Assembly: GCA_038244715.1 (NCBI GenBank)
Contig: JBBRTE010000015.1
Span: forward strand, 38,956 to 102,955
Reading direction: 5' to 3'
DNA from: Thermoanaerobaculia bacterium
GTDB taxonomy: Bacteria; Acidobacteriota; Thermoanaerobaculia; Gp7-AA8
DNA: 64,000 nucleotides
Part shown: positions 17,134 to 26,394 of the stretch, in pieces
Numbering within the stretch: position 1 is the stretch's first letter
Layout of the letters: every line of letters begins with the position of its first letter
Made by a program: the position numbers and the translations under genes
Notes under the pieces: generated by a model
What the model was told of the DNA's origin: nothing
Databases searched by the model: none
The model's input: only the letters and a program-made list of their open reading frames with translations

Positions 17134-19050
17134 ATGCCTGATTCCGTTTTCTTGGCCGCGTCAGTCATTGGCATGACTGCGTTTGCTGCCGCCGCGATCG
17201 CAACGCCGGTCGTTCGGTCGGTGGCGCGTCGCTTCGGCGCCGTAGCCGTACCCCGGCAGGACCGCTGGCACCAGCGTCCCACCGCCATGATGGGCGGGAT
17301 CGCCATCTTTCTGTCCGTGTTCGGGGTGCTCGCGGCGATGGTGCACATGAATCGCGAAGGCTGGGTCGTCCTCGGTGCAAGCACGCTTCTGTTTCTGGTC
17401 GGGTTGATCGACGATTTTCTGAAGATCAAGCCGTATCAGAAACTCATCGGCCAGCTTGCGGGAGTGGCGGCGGTCATGTATTTCGGCCTGGTGCTGCCGT
17501 GGACGGATTCCGCGTCGCTGAACATGATCACCACGCTGGTCTGGCTGATCGGCATCACGAACGCAGTCAACATGCTGGACAACATGGACGGCCTGTCGCC
17601 CGGCATCGCCGCGATCGCCGCCACCTTTCTGGGGATCAACTTCGCGCTCAACGGACAGTACAACGAGGCGCTGATGCTGGCCGGGTTCGCGGGAGCACTG
17701 CTTGGCTTCCTGATTTACAACCACAGCCCGGCCTCGATCTTCATGGGCGACTGCGGCTCGATGTTCATCGGTTTCTTCCTGGCGTCTACGGCGCTGATGA
17801 GCGGTTCCGGTGGCGGTCGTTCCCGCAGCGTGGTGGCCGTACTGGCCGTTCCCGTCCTGGTGCTGCTGGTCCCGATCTTCGACACGACTTTCGTCACGCT
17901 CATGAGAAAGATGGCTGGCCGCGCCGCCTCGCAGGGCGGACGCGATCACACGTCCCATCGCCTGGTGGCGCTCGGCCTCAGCGAGAAGCACGCGGTGTGG
18001 ATGCTCTACACCCTCGCCGTCAGCGGCGGCGTTCTCGCCCTCGTGGCCCGTCATGCCTCGATCGATGTCAGTATCGTCGCCATCGTCGTCTTCACGGTCG
18101 CGCTCACGTTTCTCGGGATCCACCTCGGCCGCGTCCGCGTTTACGACGAGAAAGACCTGGCCGCCGCCCACGAGAAACCGCTCGTCTCGTTTCTCCTGGA
18201 CCTCTCGTACAAGCGCCGGATCTTCGAGGTGATCCTCGATGTCATCCTGATCTCTCTCGCTTACTATCTCGCGTACGCATTGAAGTTCGGACCGGCACGA
18301 CCCTCCGGCGACTGGCAGCTCTTCGCCAGCACGCTGCCGATCGTGGTGATGGTGAAGCTGGCGACGTTTCTCGCGACGGGTCTCTACCGCGGTCTTTGGC
18401 GGTACGCCAGTCTGGCCAGCGTGGTGGACTTCGGCAAGGCGACCGTCGTCGGTTCGGTCGCCACGGTCCTGACCCTCCTCTTCGCCTTTCGCTTCGATGG
18501 CTTTTCTCGCACCGTATTCGCGCTGGATGCCGTGCTGCTGATGGGAGCGCTGACTGCCAGCCGCTTCGCGTTCCGCATCCTGCGACGCGTCTTTCCGGCA
18601 CCGCACCGCCACGAGTTCCACCGCGTCCTGATCTACGGAGCGGGCGACGGCGGCGAACTGGTCTACCGCGAGATCCGCAACAACATGGAGCTCGGTGCCG
18701 TGCCGGTGGCGTTCGCCGACGACGACGCGGCCAAGAACGGCCGGCTCATCCACGGCCTCCGCGTCTATTCCACCGCGACACCGGTTGAAGAGCTCTGCCA
18801 GCGGCTCCAGATCGACCAGGTCCTGATCTCGACCACGAAGTTGTCGCAGGACCGGCTCACGGAGATCGTCGGGCAGTGCGCCGCCGCGGGCGTCGCGGTC
18901 CTGCGTGCAGGAATGAGCTTTCAGACTCTGTCACCGTCGGAATTCGGTTGGGTCTTCGGCGATGAGAACGCGACCATCGACGGTGTGTCCCTGATTGCGC
19001 AGCGTGGCACTCTCGTCCATCCACCTCGCCCAACCGCATCGGGCCACTAG
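17134..19050 (+). CDS. WecA/MraY-like polyprenyl-phosphate N-acetylhexosamine-1-phosphate transferase (GT4 PNPT) fused to a C-terminal PHPT/CapD-N-terminal-like TM + Rossmann domain
   Basis: 638 aa. The N-terminal half has PNPT motifs DDFLKIKP, NAVNMLDNMDGL and IFMGDCGSMFIGF. The C-terminal half has 4 TM helices then HRVLIYGAGDGGELVYREI, as in the non-catalytic N-terminal region of WbaP-type transferases and CapD/PglF. Confidence 0.8.
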   Translation: MPDSVFLAASVIGMTAFAAAAIATPVVRSVARRFGAVAVPRQDRWHQRPTAMMGGIAIFLSVFGVLAAMVHMNREGWVVLGASTLLFLVGLIDDFLKIKPYQKLIGQLAGVAAVMYFGLVLPWTDSASLNMITTLVWLIGITNAVNMLDNMDGLSPGIAAIAATFLGINFALNGQYNEALMLAGFAGALLGFLIYNHSPASIFMGDCGSMFIGFFLASTALMSGSGGGRSRSVVAVLAVPVLVLLVPIFDTTFVTLMRKMAGRAASQGGRDHTSHRLVALGLSEKHAVWMLYTLAVSGGVLALVARHASIDVSIVAIVVFTVALTFLGIHLGRVRVYDEKDLAAAHEKPLVSFLLDLSYKRRIFEVILDVILISLAYYLAYALKFGPARPSGDWQLFASTLPIVVMVKLATFLATGLYRGLWRYASLASVVDFGKATVVGSVATVLTLLFAFRFDGFSRTVFALDAVLLMGALTASRFAFRILRRVFPAPHRHEFHRVLIYGAGDGGELVYREIRNNMELGAVPVAFADDDAAKNGRLIHGLRVYSTATPVEELCQRLQIDQVLISTTKLSQDRLTEIVGQCAAAGVAVLRAGMSFQTLSPSEFGWVFGDENATIDGVSLIAQRGTLVHPPRPTASGH

Positions 19051-19113
19051 ATCGGATTTTGACGACACGATGCGACCCGCGTATGGTGTCGCCCGCAATT
19101 CCCACCCCACTCC

Positions 19114-19938
19114 ATGCCTGACATCACCAATGCACTGACGATCGACTTCGAAGACTGGTACCAGGGCCTCGAGATCCCGCACACCGAATGGAACCGATTC
19201 GACGACCGGATCGTCCCCGTAGGCCGGCGGCTTCTGGAGATCCTCGACCGGGCCGGAGTCAAGGCGACCTTCTTTGTCCTCGGATACGTGGCCGAGCACC
19301 ACCCCGAAATCGTTCGTGAGATCGCCGCGGCCGGCCATGAACTGGCGACGCATGGGTATTCGCACACTCTGATCTACACCCAGACGCCGGCCGTGTTCCG
19401 CGAGGAGCTCAAGCGCGCGCTGGCAGCGGTGGAACAGGTTACCGGAGTAAAGGTTCTCGGCCATCGCGCACCGTTCTTCTCGATCACGAAACGCTCGCTC
19501 TGGGCGCTCGACATCCTCGGAGATCTCGGTGTCCGGTACGACACGAGCATCTTTCCGGTGATGAACTATCGGTATGGCATCGAGGATGCTCCGCGTTGGA
19601 CCTACGATATCGATGCCGGAGGCCACGCCATCCGCGAGTTCCCGATTTCGACCTGGCGCATCCTCGGCAAGAACATTCCGATTGCCGGCGGCGCCTACTT
19701 CCGCATCTTTCCGTATGCCGTTACACGCGCTGGATTCCGCAGCATCAACCGAGGCGGCAAGCCGGCCGTCTTCTATCTGCATCCGTGGGAAATCGATCCC
19801 GGGCAACCGCGCATCGAACTTCCGCGGCGTATCGCCGCGACCCACTATTTCAACCTCAAAGCAACGGAAGGCCGCCTCGTGCGGTTGCTTCACGACTTCC
19901 GTTTCGCTCCGATGAAGGAGATTGTCAATGTCCATTGA
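19114..19938 (+). CDS. Polysaccharide deacetylase family protein (PEP-CTERM/exosortase-locus subfamily, DUF3473-type C-terminus)
   Basis: 274 aa, LTIDFEDWYQGLEI...VKATFFVLGYVAEHHPEIVREIAAAGHELATHGYSH; NodB-fold motifs plus the C-terminal extension. Confidence 0.75.
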   Translation: MPDITNALTIDFEDWYQGLEIPHTEWNRFDDRIVPVGRRLLEILDRAGVKATFFVLGYVAEHHPEIVREIAAAGHELATHGYSHTLIYTQTPAVFREELKRALAAVEQVTGVKVLGHRAPFFSITKRSLWALDILGDLGVRYDTSIFPVMNYRYGIEDAPRWTYDIDAGGHAIREFPISTWRILGKNIPIAGGAYFRIFPYAVTRAGFRSINRGGKPAVFYLHPWEIDPGQPRIELPRRIAATHYFNLKATEGRLVRLLHDFRFAPMKEIVNVH

Positions 19939-20590
19939 TCATTCCGTCGACGAAAAAGTCGCACACTATTTCCATCTCGACGCGCAGCGTTTCGACGCCA
20001 TCTACAACGACCGCAAAGGCCCGTTCGCTCGGTTCGTGGACAACGTCTGGCGCGGTGTCGTCCGGCGGCGCCTTGACCTCACCGTCGAGAAACTCGCGCC
20101 GCTGGAGGGCAAGTCCGTGCTCGATGTCGGGTGCGGTTCCGGTCGGTTCTGTTTCGCATTCGCGCAGCACGGCGCCAAACGAGTTCTGGGCGTCGATTTC
20201 GCGGAGGGCATGATCGAGCTGGCGCGCAAGTATGCGGATGAGCTGCACGTCGCGGACCGCTGCGAGTTCCGCGTCGGCCGCTTTCCCGATGCAGTCCCCG
20301 AGAAGGGATTCGATGCCTCCACCGCCCTCGGTTTTTTCGACTACATCGAAGATCCGGTCAGCATCGTCCGGGCCATGCGCGAGAAAACGAACCAGACGAT
20401 CGTGATGAGCTTCCCCAAAGCGATCGAGTGGCGCGTCCCCATCCGTCGTGCACGCTTCCTGCTCAACGGCTGCCCGTTGTTTCTCTACACGCGCGGACGC
20501 GTCGCATCCATTCTGCGGGAGGCGGGCATCGACAAGTACGACTGGATCAACCTCGATCGCGACTATCTGGTCATCGCCCACATGAAGTGA
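19922..20590 (+). CDS. Class I SAM-dependent methyltransferase
   Basis: 222 aa; VLDVGCGSGRF SAM-binding motif I; stop overlaps the next start (ATGA). Confidence 0.75.
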   Translation: MSMSIDHSVDEKVAHYFHLDAQRFDAIYNDRKGPFARFVDNVWRGVVRRRLDLTVEKLAPLEGKSVLDVGCGSGRFCFAFAQHGAKRVLGVDFAEGMIELARKYADELHVADRCEFRVGRFPDAVPEKGFDASTALGFFDYIEDPVSIVRAMREKTNQTIVMSFPKAIEWRVPIRRARFLLNGCPLFLYTRGRVASILREAGIDKYDWINLDRDYLVIAHMK

Positions 20591-21807
20591 TGGCCGCGAC
20601 CCGTCCACTCCGCGTTCTTCACATCATTACTCGTCTGATCGTCGGCGGCGCGCAGGAGAACACCCTGCTGACCTGTGAAGGTCTGGCCGCGATGCCGGAG
20701 TACGACGTCACCCTGGCCACAGGCGTCGACCGGGGACCTGAAGGCGATCTGCTCGAACGCGCAGAGAAAACCGTCCATCTGATCCTCGTGCCCGAGCTCG
20801 CACGCAACATCAACCCGATCGCCGATGTGGGCGCATTGTGGAAGCTCTATCGTCTGATACGGCGCGGGCGCTACCACATCGTCCACACGCATTCCTCAAA
20901 GGCAGGAGTCCTCGGACGGATCGCCGCATGGATGGCCGGCACACCGCTGATCGTCCACACACTGCACAGTCTCGTCTTTCATGATTACCAGCCGTGGCTC
21001 GTCAACCGCACATGGTGGCTGGTCAAGAAGATCTGTGCGCCTCTGACGGACCACTTTCTTTCCGTCTCGTCAGTCATCGTTCGAAAAGCCGTCGCGGCCG
21101 GCATCGATCGTCCCGAGAAGTTCACGACGGTCTACAGCGGGATGGAACTCGACTGGTTCCTGAATTCGAAGGCTGACGGAGCCGCCGTGCGTCGGGAGTT
21201 CGGCATTCCGGAGGACGCCCCGGTCGTCGGCAAGATCGCCCGGCTCTTTCCTCTCAAGGGGCACGACCAGCTGATGGACGCGGCGCCGGAGATCGTGCGT
21301 CGCGTTCCCAATGTGCGGTTCTTCCTCATCGGCGACGGAATCCTTTTCGACCATCTGCGCGAGCGTGCCCGGGCAGCGGGGATTCTCGACAACTTCGTCT
21401 TTGCGGGCCTGATCCAGCGCGAGCGAATCCCGGAGATGCTCGCAGCGATGGACGTCGTCGTCCATACGTCCTTGCGGGAAGGACTGGCGCGCGTCCTGCC
21501 GCAGGCACTGGCGATGGGCAAGCCGTGCGTCAGCTTCGACATCGACGGCGCACCGGAAGCAGTCCTTGACGGCGAAACGGGATACCTCGTGCGCCCCTAC
21601 GACTACGAAACGCTCGCGGACCGCATCTCCTCGCTTCTCTCCAATCCCGAGCTGCGCGCCACGATGGGCGCCAATGGACGACGCCACGTCGATCCCGCAT
21701 GGCGCACGGAAACCATGGTCGCGGACACCGCCGCGGTCTACGCGATGCTGGAGAAAAAGCACCAGGAGCGCATCGCCAAATTCGATGCCCGTAACGGCAG
21801 CATCTGA
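20590..21807 (+). CDS. Glycosyltransferase family 4 (GT-B, RfaG-like)
   Basis: ORF 20428..21807 trimmed to the ATG at 20590 that overlaps the upstream stop. C-terminal VVHTSLREGLARVLPQALAMGKPCVSFDIDGAPEAVLDGETGYLV contains the GT4 E-x7-E region. Confidence 0.8.
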   Translation: MAATRPLRVLHIITRLIVGGAQENTLLTCEGLAAMPEYDVTLATGVDRGPEGDLLERAEKTVHLILVPELARNINPIADVGALWKLYRLIRRGRYHIVHTHSSKAGVLGRIAAWMAGTPLIVHTLHSLVFHDYQPWLVNRTWWLVKKICAPLTDHFLSVSSVIVRKAVAAGIDRPEKFTTVYSGMELDWFLNSKADGAAVRREFGIPEDAPVVGKIARLFPLKGHDQLMDAAPEIVRRVPNVRFFLIGDGILFDHLRERARAAGILDNFVFAGLIQRERIPEMLAAMDVVVHTSLREGLARVLPQALAMGKPCVSFDIDGAPEAVLDGETGYLVRPYDYETLADRISSLLSNPELRATMGANGRRHVDPAWRTETMVADTAAVYAMLEKKHQERIAKFDARNGSI

Positions 21808-21833
21808 TCGATCGCCGTCGGTCACACGGTCCG

Positions 21834-22760
21834 TTACCGTGCACGTGTTCCGACGGCACACCAGAAGGGCGCCTGCGATCGGAAGGTGATTCCGGTCAAC
21901 CCAGCCTCGCGCATCATCTCGTCGATCCGGACACGGCTGAAACGCTGCTCGAGGCGGGTTCCGAATCGGTCGAGCGCATCGGTTCGCATCACGTAGAAAC
22001 TTCGCCGCCTGTAAAACGCCAGAGGGAGTGAGCTCGCCCCTCGCATTCCCACGGTTTCGCATAGACCTGCAAACCGCGCCAGAGGCCAGTAGATCAGGAC
22101 CGCAAGCACCTGACTGATGGCGTAACGCATGGGATGCGGCAGACGTGAGATGAGAAAGCGAAGTACCTCGGTGGACTTCCACAGCGCGCGATACCAAATC
22201 GGCCGATTGTCCAGCGCATAGTAAAGATAAAGGAGCAACGGAGCGCCCGGCCGCAGTTTGACGACACACGCCCGAATCGCAGACTGCGTGTCCGGGATGT
22301 GGTGCAGAACTCCGAGCGAGTACCCGAAGTCGGCGCTGTCGTCCGCCAAGGGGATCTCGTCCACGGACGCGTTGTGCATCCTCACGTTCTCGTGTCCCGC
22401 CAGCGCGCGCTGCGCAACTGCAAGCGCCGCGGCGCTGGGATCGATGCAATGCAGAGTGCCGACGCGTGGCGCGACGAACCGTGCCCACCGGCCGCTGCCA
22501 CATCCGAGGTCGAAGCCGACAGAATCAGGCGGGAGAGCGGACCAGGGAAACTCGGAAAAATAGGCCTCGAACAGCTCCTGGAGCTCCGTATCCGACAGAG
22601 ACGTCTGATCGAATCGCGTCCATTCGTCTCCGAATCCCTCCACCACCGCCAGATCGACGTTCCGTGTCACCGGGAGGTTCTCTCCAGAACGAAACGGATT
22701 TCGTAGCACGGGAAGAGATAGCAGAAATTCTCTTCCCAAAGCTCCTGTGCGTAACGACAC
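21834..22760 (-). CDS. Class I SAM-dependent methyltransferase
   Basis: 308 aa, FDLGCGSGRWARF motif I. An alternative GTG start at 22670 overlaps the upstream stop (GTGA) and is probably the true start. Confidence 0.7.
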   Translation of the reverse strand: MSLRTGALGREFLLSLPVLRNPFRSGENLPVTRNVDLAVVEGFGDEWTRFDQTSLSDTELQELFEAYFSEFPWSALPPDSVGFDLGCGSGRWARFVAPRVGTLHCIDPSAAALAVAQRALAGHENVRMHNASVDEIPLADDSADFGYSLGVLHHIPDTQSAIRACVVKLRPGAPLLLYLYYALDNRPIWYRALWKSTEVLRFLISRLPHPMRYAISQVLAVLIYWPLARFAGLCETVGMRGASSLPLAFYRRRSFYVMRTDALDRFGTRLEQRFSRVRIDEMMREAGLTGITFRSQAPFWCAVGTRAR

Positions 22761-23284
22761 GAGTTGAACACCGTTCCGATCACGCGCTTGATGCCATGCC
22801 TGAAAATGAACGGACGCGCCGACTTAAAGAGCAGATCGACGCTGCGGAGCCGGAGGTCGGTGCGGCGCACATAGCCGGGCACGCGCCGCCGGAACAGATC
22901 GTCGACGACGAGGTAGGAGAACGTGTAGAGCCCGAAGCGGTTTTTGTGCGTCGGATCCGAAGAGAAATAGGGGTGTGCGAAGTGCGGCACGATGACCTCG
23001 ATCCGGCCCTCCGCGCGGACCACGCGCGCCATCTCGCCCAGAAACACGTCCACATCCGGGACGTGCTCGAGGAAATGGCTGGAGGTGATCAGGTCCGCAG
23101 TGCCAGACGGGAAGGCTCGCAGCGCTTCCATCGCATCACCGACGATGTCGACACCGTCATACGCAATTGCATCGATGCCGATCGACGGTGAATACCGCTT
23201 GCGGGGACCACAGCCCACCTCGATCGTCAGCGGGTGATGCTGATCCAGGTTCGCAAGCACCCTCCCTTTGTCGATGAGAGACAT
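22667..23284 (-). CDS. Class I SAM-dependent methyltransferase (Methyltransf_11/23-like)
   Basis: 205 aa, TIEVGCGPRKR...GIDAIAYDGVDIVGDAMEALRAFPSGTADLITSSHFLEHV. Confidence 0.7.
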   Translation of the reverse strand: MSLIDKGRVLANLDQHHPLTIEVGCGPRKRYSPSIGIDAIAYDGVDIVGDAMEALRAFPSGTADLITSSHFLEHVPDVDVFLGEMARVVRAEGRIEVIVPHFAHPYFSSDPTHKNRFGLYTFSYLVVDDLFRRRVPGYVRRTDLRLRSVDLLFKSARPFIFRHGIKRVIGTVFNSCRYAQELWEENFCYLFPCYEIRFVLERTSR

Positions 23285-23290
23285 ATCCCG

Positions 23291-25030
23291 TTACGAGCGC
23301 GCGCTCGTGTCATCCGGCTGCCGAGGATTCGTCGTCGCCCCAGCCACCGCGATCAGCAGACAGAGTCCCATCAAGATCATTGCCCGATGGCGGAACAGCG
23401 TTCCGAAATTACTGATCGTAAAGCACAGCAGCAGCATGATCGTGGGCGTCATCACCGCCACGAGCCAGAACGATCCGTTCCGGAGCACTCCCCGCGACAG
23501 GCCACGAAAAACGTAGTAGGCCGCGGCAATGAGCAGGAAATCGAACACGAGAGTGTCGATCTCCACGATGGCCCACAGCCCACGCCCTCCACCAATGTGG
23601 ATGAGACCGAGCCACTCTCCGATCATATGGGGCAGGACAACTGCCGCGACACCGGCCACGATTCGCGCGACCGTCGAGCGCGGCATCCCCGGGACGCCGG
23701 AAGCCGGAGAACGCGAGGCTCTGCGTTTTGCAACAGTCCCAGCCGGCCTGGCCACAACCACTGGTGCGGGTGCCGGCGACTTGGACGTGGCAGCGGTGGG
23801 TGCGGGTGCCGGCGACTTGGACGTGGCAACAGTGGGTGCGGGTGGCGGAATCGCGCTGTTTTTCCCGGCGCCAGGTCCGCCCGCAGCAGCCGTTCTGACG
23901 GTTCGAGGCGGCTCCCGCGCGATCGCTTCATGGGTGAGCGAGGGCGCCTGCGACGCGCCGGGAGATTCCGTCACCGGCTTCGAATCGGAGTCTCCGTCAC
24001 CCGGCATCGCCGCCGGACCCGCTCCGCCCTCGGACGGGTCGATCCGCCGAAGGGTGCTGCCTTCCTGGATCATCGAATTGCCATGCGAGGCGTCGAATCC
24101 CGCTCGCGTCCGCAGTAAGGCAGTGGTCAGCGGCTCGGTCGTCGTAATGGTCCGCGCGCCGAGCAATCTCGCGACTTGGGGCGGGACATAGGGTCGACCC
24201 GCAAAAAGAATAACCTGAGAGAGCGCAACAAATACCGCGGCGTTGCACACTCCGGCTGCCAGGCGACGATCGCTTCGCCAGGCAGCGATGACAAAGAACG
24301 GTGCCGACGCGAACCATAGGATCAGCCCGAAATACCAACGAACGCCGACCACGGAATAGAGGACCACCGCCATCAGCAGCAGTGGCACGACGAACCGGGC
24401 CAACGGCTGACGGAGCCCGATCCACGCGTCCTGCCACATCGCGGACGCAGCCACAAACGCGGCAACCGCGAAGATGAAGAAGGGATCCTTGAGAGGCTGT
24501 GCAGACCAGAGGATCACCGCGGGAGCGAAACTCAACGCCCCTGCCGCGACGAGCGCGGATGGTCGGATGAGTCCGTCTTCCGTGCGACCCAGCCGGAGAA
24601 TCGCGGCACAGGCGCCCAGATACGCGAAGAGATTCAGGAACGCGCCGACTGCTGCTGCGCCCCCGAAGAGGAGGATGAAAACCGCGAGAACCTGCAGAAA
24701 GGCGGGGGAAGGCAGGGTCTTATCAACGAGCACCACAGCCTTCCAACCCTGTGTCAGGAGGCCCTGGGACATCACGAAGTAGAGATGGCCATCGATGGCC
24801 AGGTTCCAGAAGCCTTCCCCATCCTGAAGAGGCCGCGCAATGGGAAGGTGCAGGTAAGAAATCCAGAACATCGCCTGCGCCATGAACGCCCGGGCCACGA
24901 GACCGATCCCGATCAGCAACCCGGCACGAGCACTCCACGCCGCGAGCCGGCGCCAGATCATCCACAGCAGCCATCCCGCCCCAAACGTGAGGAACACCTG
25001 GATTGAGGCTAGGAGAAATAACCAGGGCAT
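23291..25030 (-). CDS. Polytopic membrane protein of unknown function with internal Pro/Thr-rich repeat linker
   Basis: 579 aa with multiple TM helices at both ends and a central soluble Pro/Ala/Thr/Ser-rich region containing PAPAPTVATSKSPAPAPTAATSKSPAPAP, which is encoded by a 36-bp tandem repeat. Confidence 0.55.
   Translation of the reverse strand: MPWLFLLASIQVFLTFGAGWLLWMIWRRLAAWSARAGLLIGIGLVARAFMAQAMFWISYLHLPIARPLQDGEGFWNLAIDGHLYFVMSQGLLTQGWKAVVLVDKTLPSPAFLQVLAVFILLFGGAAAVGAFLNLFAYLGACAAILRLGRTEDGLIRPSALVAAGALSFAPAVILWSAQPLKDPFFIFAVAAFVAASAMWQDAWIGLRQPLARFVVPLLLMAVVLYSVVGVRWYFGLILWFASAPFFVIAAWRSDRRLAAGVCNAAVFVALSQVILFAGRPYVPPQVARLLGARTITTTEPLTTALLRTRAGFDASHGNSMIQEGSTLRRIDPSEGGAGPAAMPGDGDSDSKPVTESPGASQAPSLTHEAIAREPPRTVRTAAAGGPGAGKNSAIPPPAPTVATSKSPAPAPTAATSKSPAPAPVVVARPAGTVAKRRASRSPASGVPGMPRSTVARIVAGVAAVVLPHMIGEWLGLIHIGGGRGLWAIVEIDTLVFDFLLIAAAYYVFRGLSRGVLRNGSFWLVAVMTPTIMLLLCFTISNFGTLFRHRAMILMGLCLLIAVAGATTNPRQPDDTSARS
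23765..23847. repeat. In-frame 36-bp tandem repeat (2.3 copies) inside the membrane-protein gene
   Basis: gcgggtgccggcgacttggacgtggcagcggtgggt at 23765-23800, repeated at 23801-23836 with 2 mismatches, then an 11-nt partial copy. Confidence 0.8.
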
Positions 25031-25122
25031 GGAAGTCGTGAGTCTATCGGTCGTATCCAGGAATCGTCAAAGCGCCATACGGACGTGAACATCGCGTAAG
25101 GGGCCCATCAGCGCGACGCAAT

Positions 25123-26394
25123 TCAGCGGGCAGCCACTGTACCAGAGTCCCCAAACGCAGAACGCCGCGTCGCCCGAACGACGACGAATCCGAAGACTAG
25201 CAGCGACGTCAACTCGGCCGCTGCAAGCGCACCCACCAGTCCCCATAACCCGAACCAGCGGATCAACAGGAACTGATACACGAGCGCGAGAGCAAGCGTC
25301 AGGACGGAGAGCCGGGCGGTCAGCGACTCGTATCGCATCGCCTGCAGGAGCACGCCAGCCAGGGTCGTACCGACGGTGATGTAGGCCGTCGCCGCATAGG
25401 CGATCACCAGAGGCATCGACTGAGGCGGGATGTGAAGAGCCGACGCGACGAAATGGCGCGCCAGGAAGAGTGCGGCGGCAGCCACCGTCAAGGCCAGCAG
25501 CGACAATCCGAGTGAATCGCGAACCACTCTGCCGAGACGACGGCGGTCCCGTTCGGCCGCGGCCACGGTGAGCGCCGGATAATTCAGCAGCGCGATCGAC
25601 AGCGGAAACAGCAGAAGAATATTCTGCAGCGCTGACGCCGCGCCGACGAGTCCGAGGTCCTGCCGTCGATAGTGCTCGACGACAAAAACGGACAGGCGCG
25701 AATAGACAACACCCAGGATCGCCTGAATGCTGAATGGCCACAGACCGGCAGCCGTCGGCATCAGATGACGGAATGCCGCCCGGTAGAGGTCCCGCCGTCC
25801 GTGCATCATCACCACCGCTTCCGCAACGCGGCCGATGACGTACGCGACGACGACGCTATGAGGACCCGGCGCAAAGCGTTGTGCAACAAACGCGAGTATG
25901 AGGAACATCGCCAGTCCGACAGTCACGGCGACACCGATGCCGCCGATCTCGCGCGTCACGATCCGGTCGCTGACACCATTCAGGCTGTAGATCGTGATCG
26001 GGCACAAAAGGCCGAGTTCGAGCGCGAACCGGATCGCCTCCGCGGGGAGGGCATGCGTAATGGCGAGCAACCCGGTCGTCAGGAGGAACAACAACGCAAG
26101 CATCAAACGGAGTGCATTGGCCGTTGCCGCAGGAGCGACACTCCCGCCCGGCGATGCGCGCACCAGGGCAAGCTCGCGCGGCAGCCAGCGCGTGCAACCC
26201 CAGTCGGTGACGATCAGGCCGACCGCGACGAAGGAGCTGGCGAAGGTATATCCGGCGAGCGCCGCCAATCCCCAGCGATGGGCGATGTAAAGCCCGATCA
26301 GAATCGGCATCCCTCCCGAGAGGCCGCGGAACGCCACGACTGGGAAGACGTGCAACAGTCGTGTGAAGCGCCTCAACTGGTCTAGGCCAGTCAC
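25123..26394 (-). CDS. wzx: Polysaccharide flippase (Wzx-like, MOP superfamily)
   Basis: ORF 25123..26697 trimmed to the GTG at 26394 that overlaps the upstream stop (GTGA). ~12 TM helices, VTGLDQLRRFTRLLHVFPVVAF..., typical Wzx-like topology. Confidence 0.7.
   Translation of the reverse strand: MTGLDQLRRFTRLLHVFPVVAFRGLSGGMPILIGLYIAHRWGLAALAGYTFASSFVAVGLIVTDWGCTRWLPRELALVRASPGGSVAPAATANALRLMLALLFLLTTGLLAITHALPAEAIRFALELGLLCPITIYSLNGVSDRIVTREIGGIGVAVTVGLAMFLILAFVAQRFAPGPHSVVVAYVIGRVAEAVVMMHGRRDLYRAAFRHLMPTAAGLWPFSIQAILGVVYSRLSVFVVEHYRRQDLGLVGAASALQNILLLFPLSIALLNYPALTVAAAERDRRRLGRVVRDSLGLSLLALTVAAAALFLARHFVASALHIPPQSMPLVIAYAATAYITVGTTLAGVLLQAMRYESLTARLSVLTLALALVYQFLLIRWFGLWGLVGALAAAELTSLLVFGFVVVRATRRSAFGDSGTVAAR

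Noticed and set aside
17161-18753. 530-aa antisense ORF opposite the WecA-like gene, and similar long antisense ORFs (13305..14555 +, 14138..15490 -, 52349..53545 -, 40890..42098 +, 53289..54485 -)
   Set aside because: Extreme Arg/Gly/Asp/His composition, no motifs, and each lies fully inside a well-supported gene (or the repeat array) on the other strand. These are the usual high-GC open-frame artefacts.
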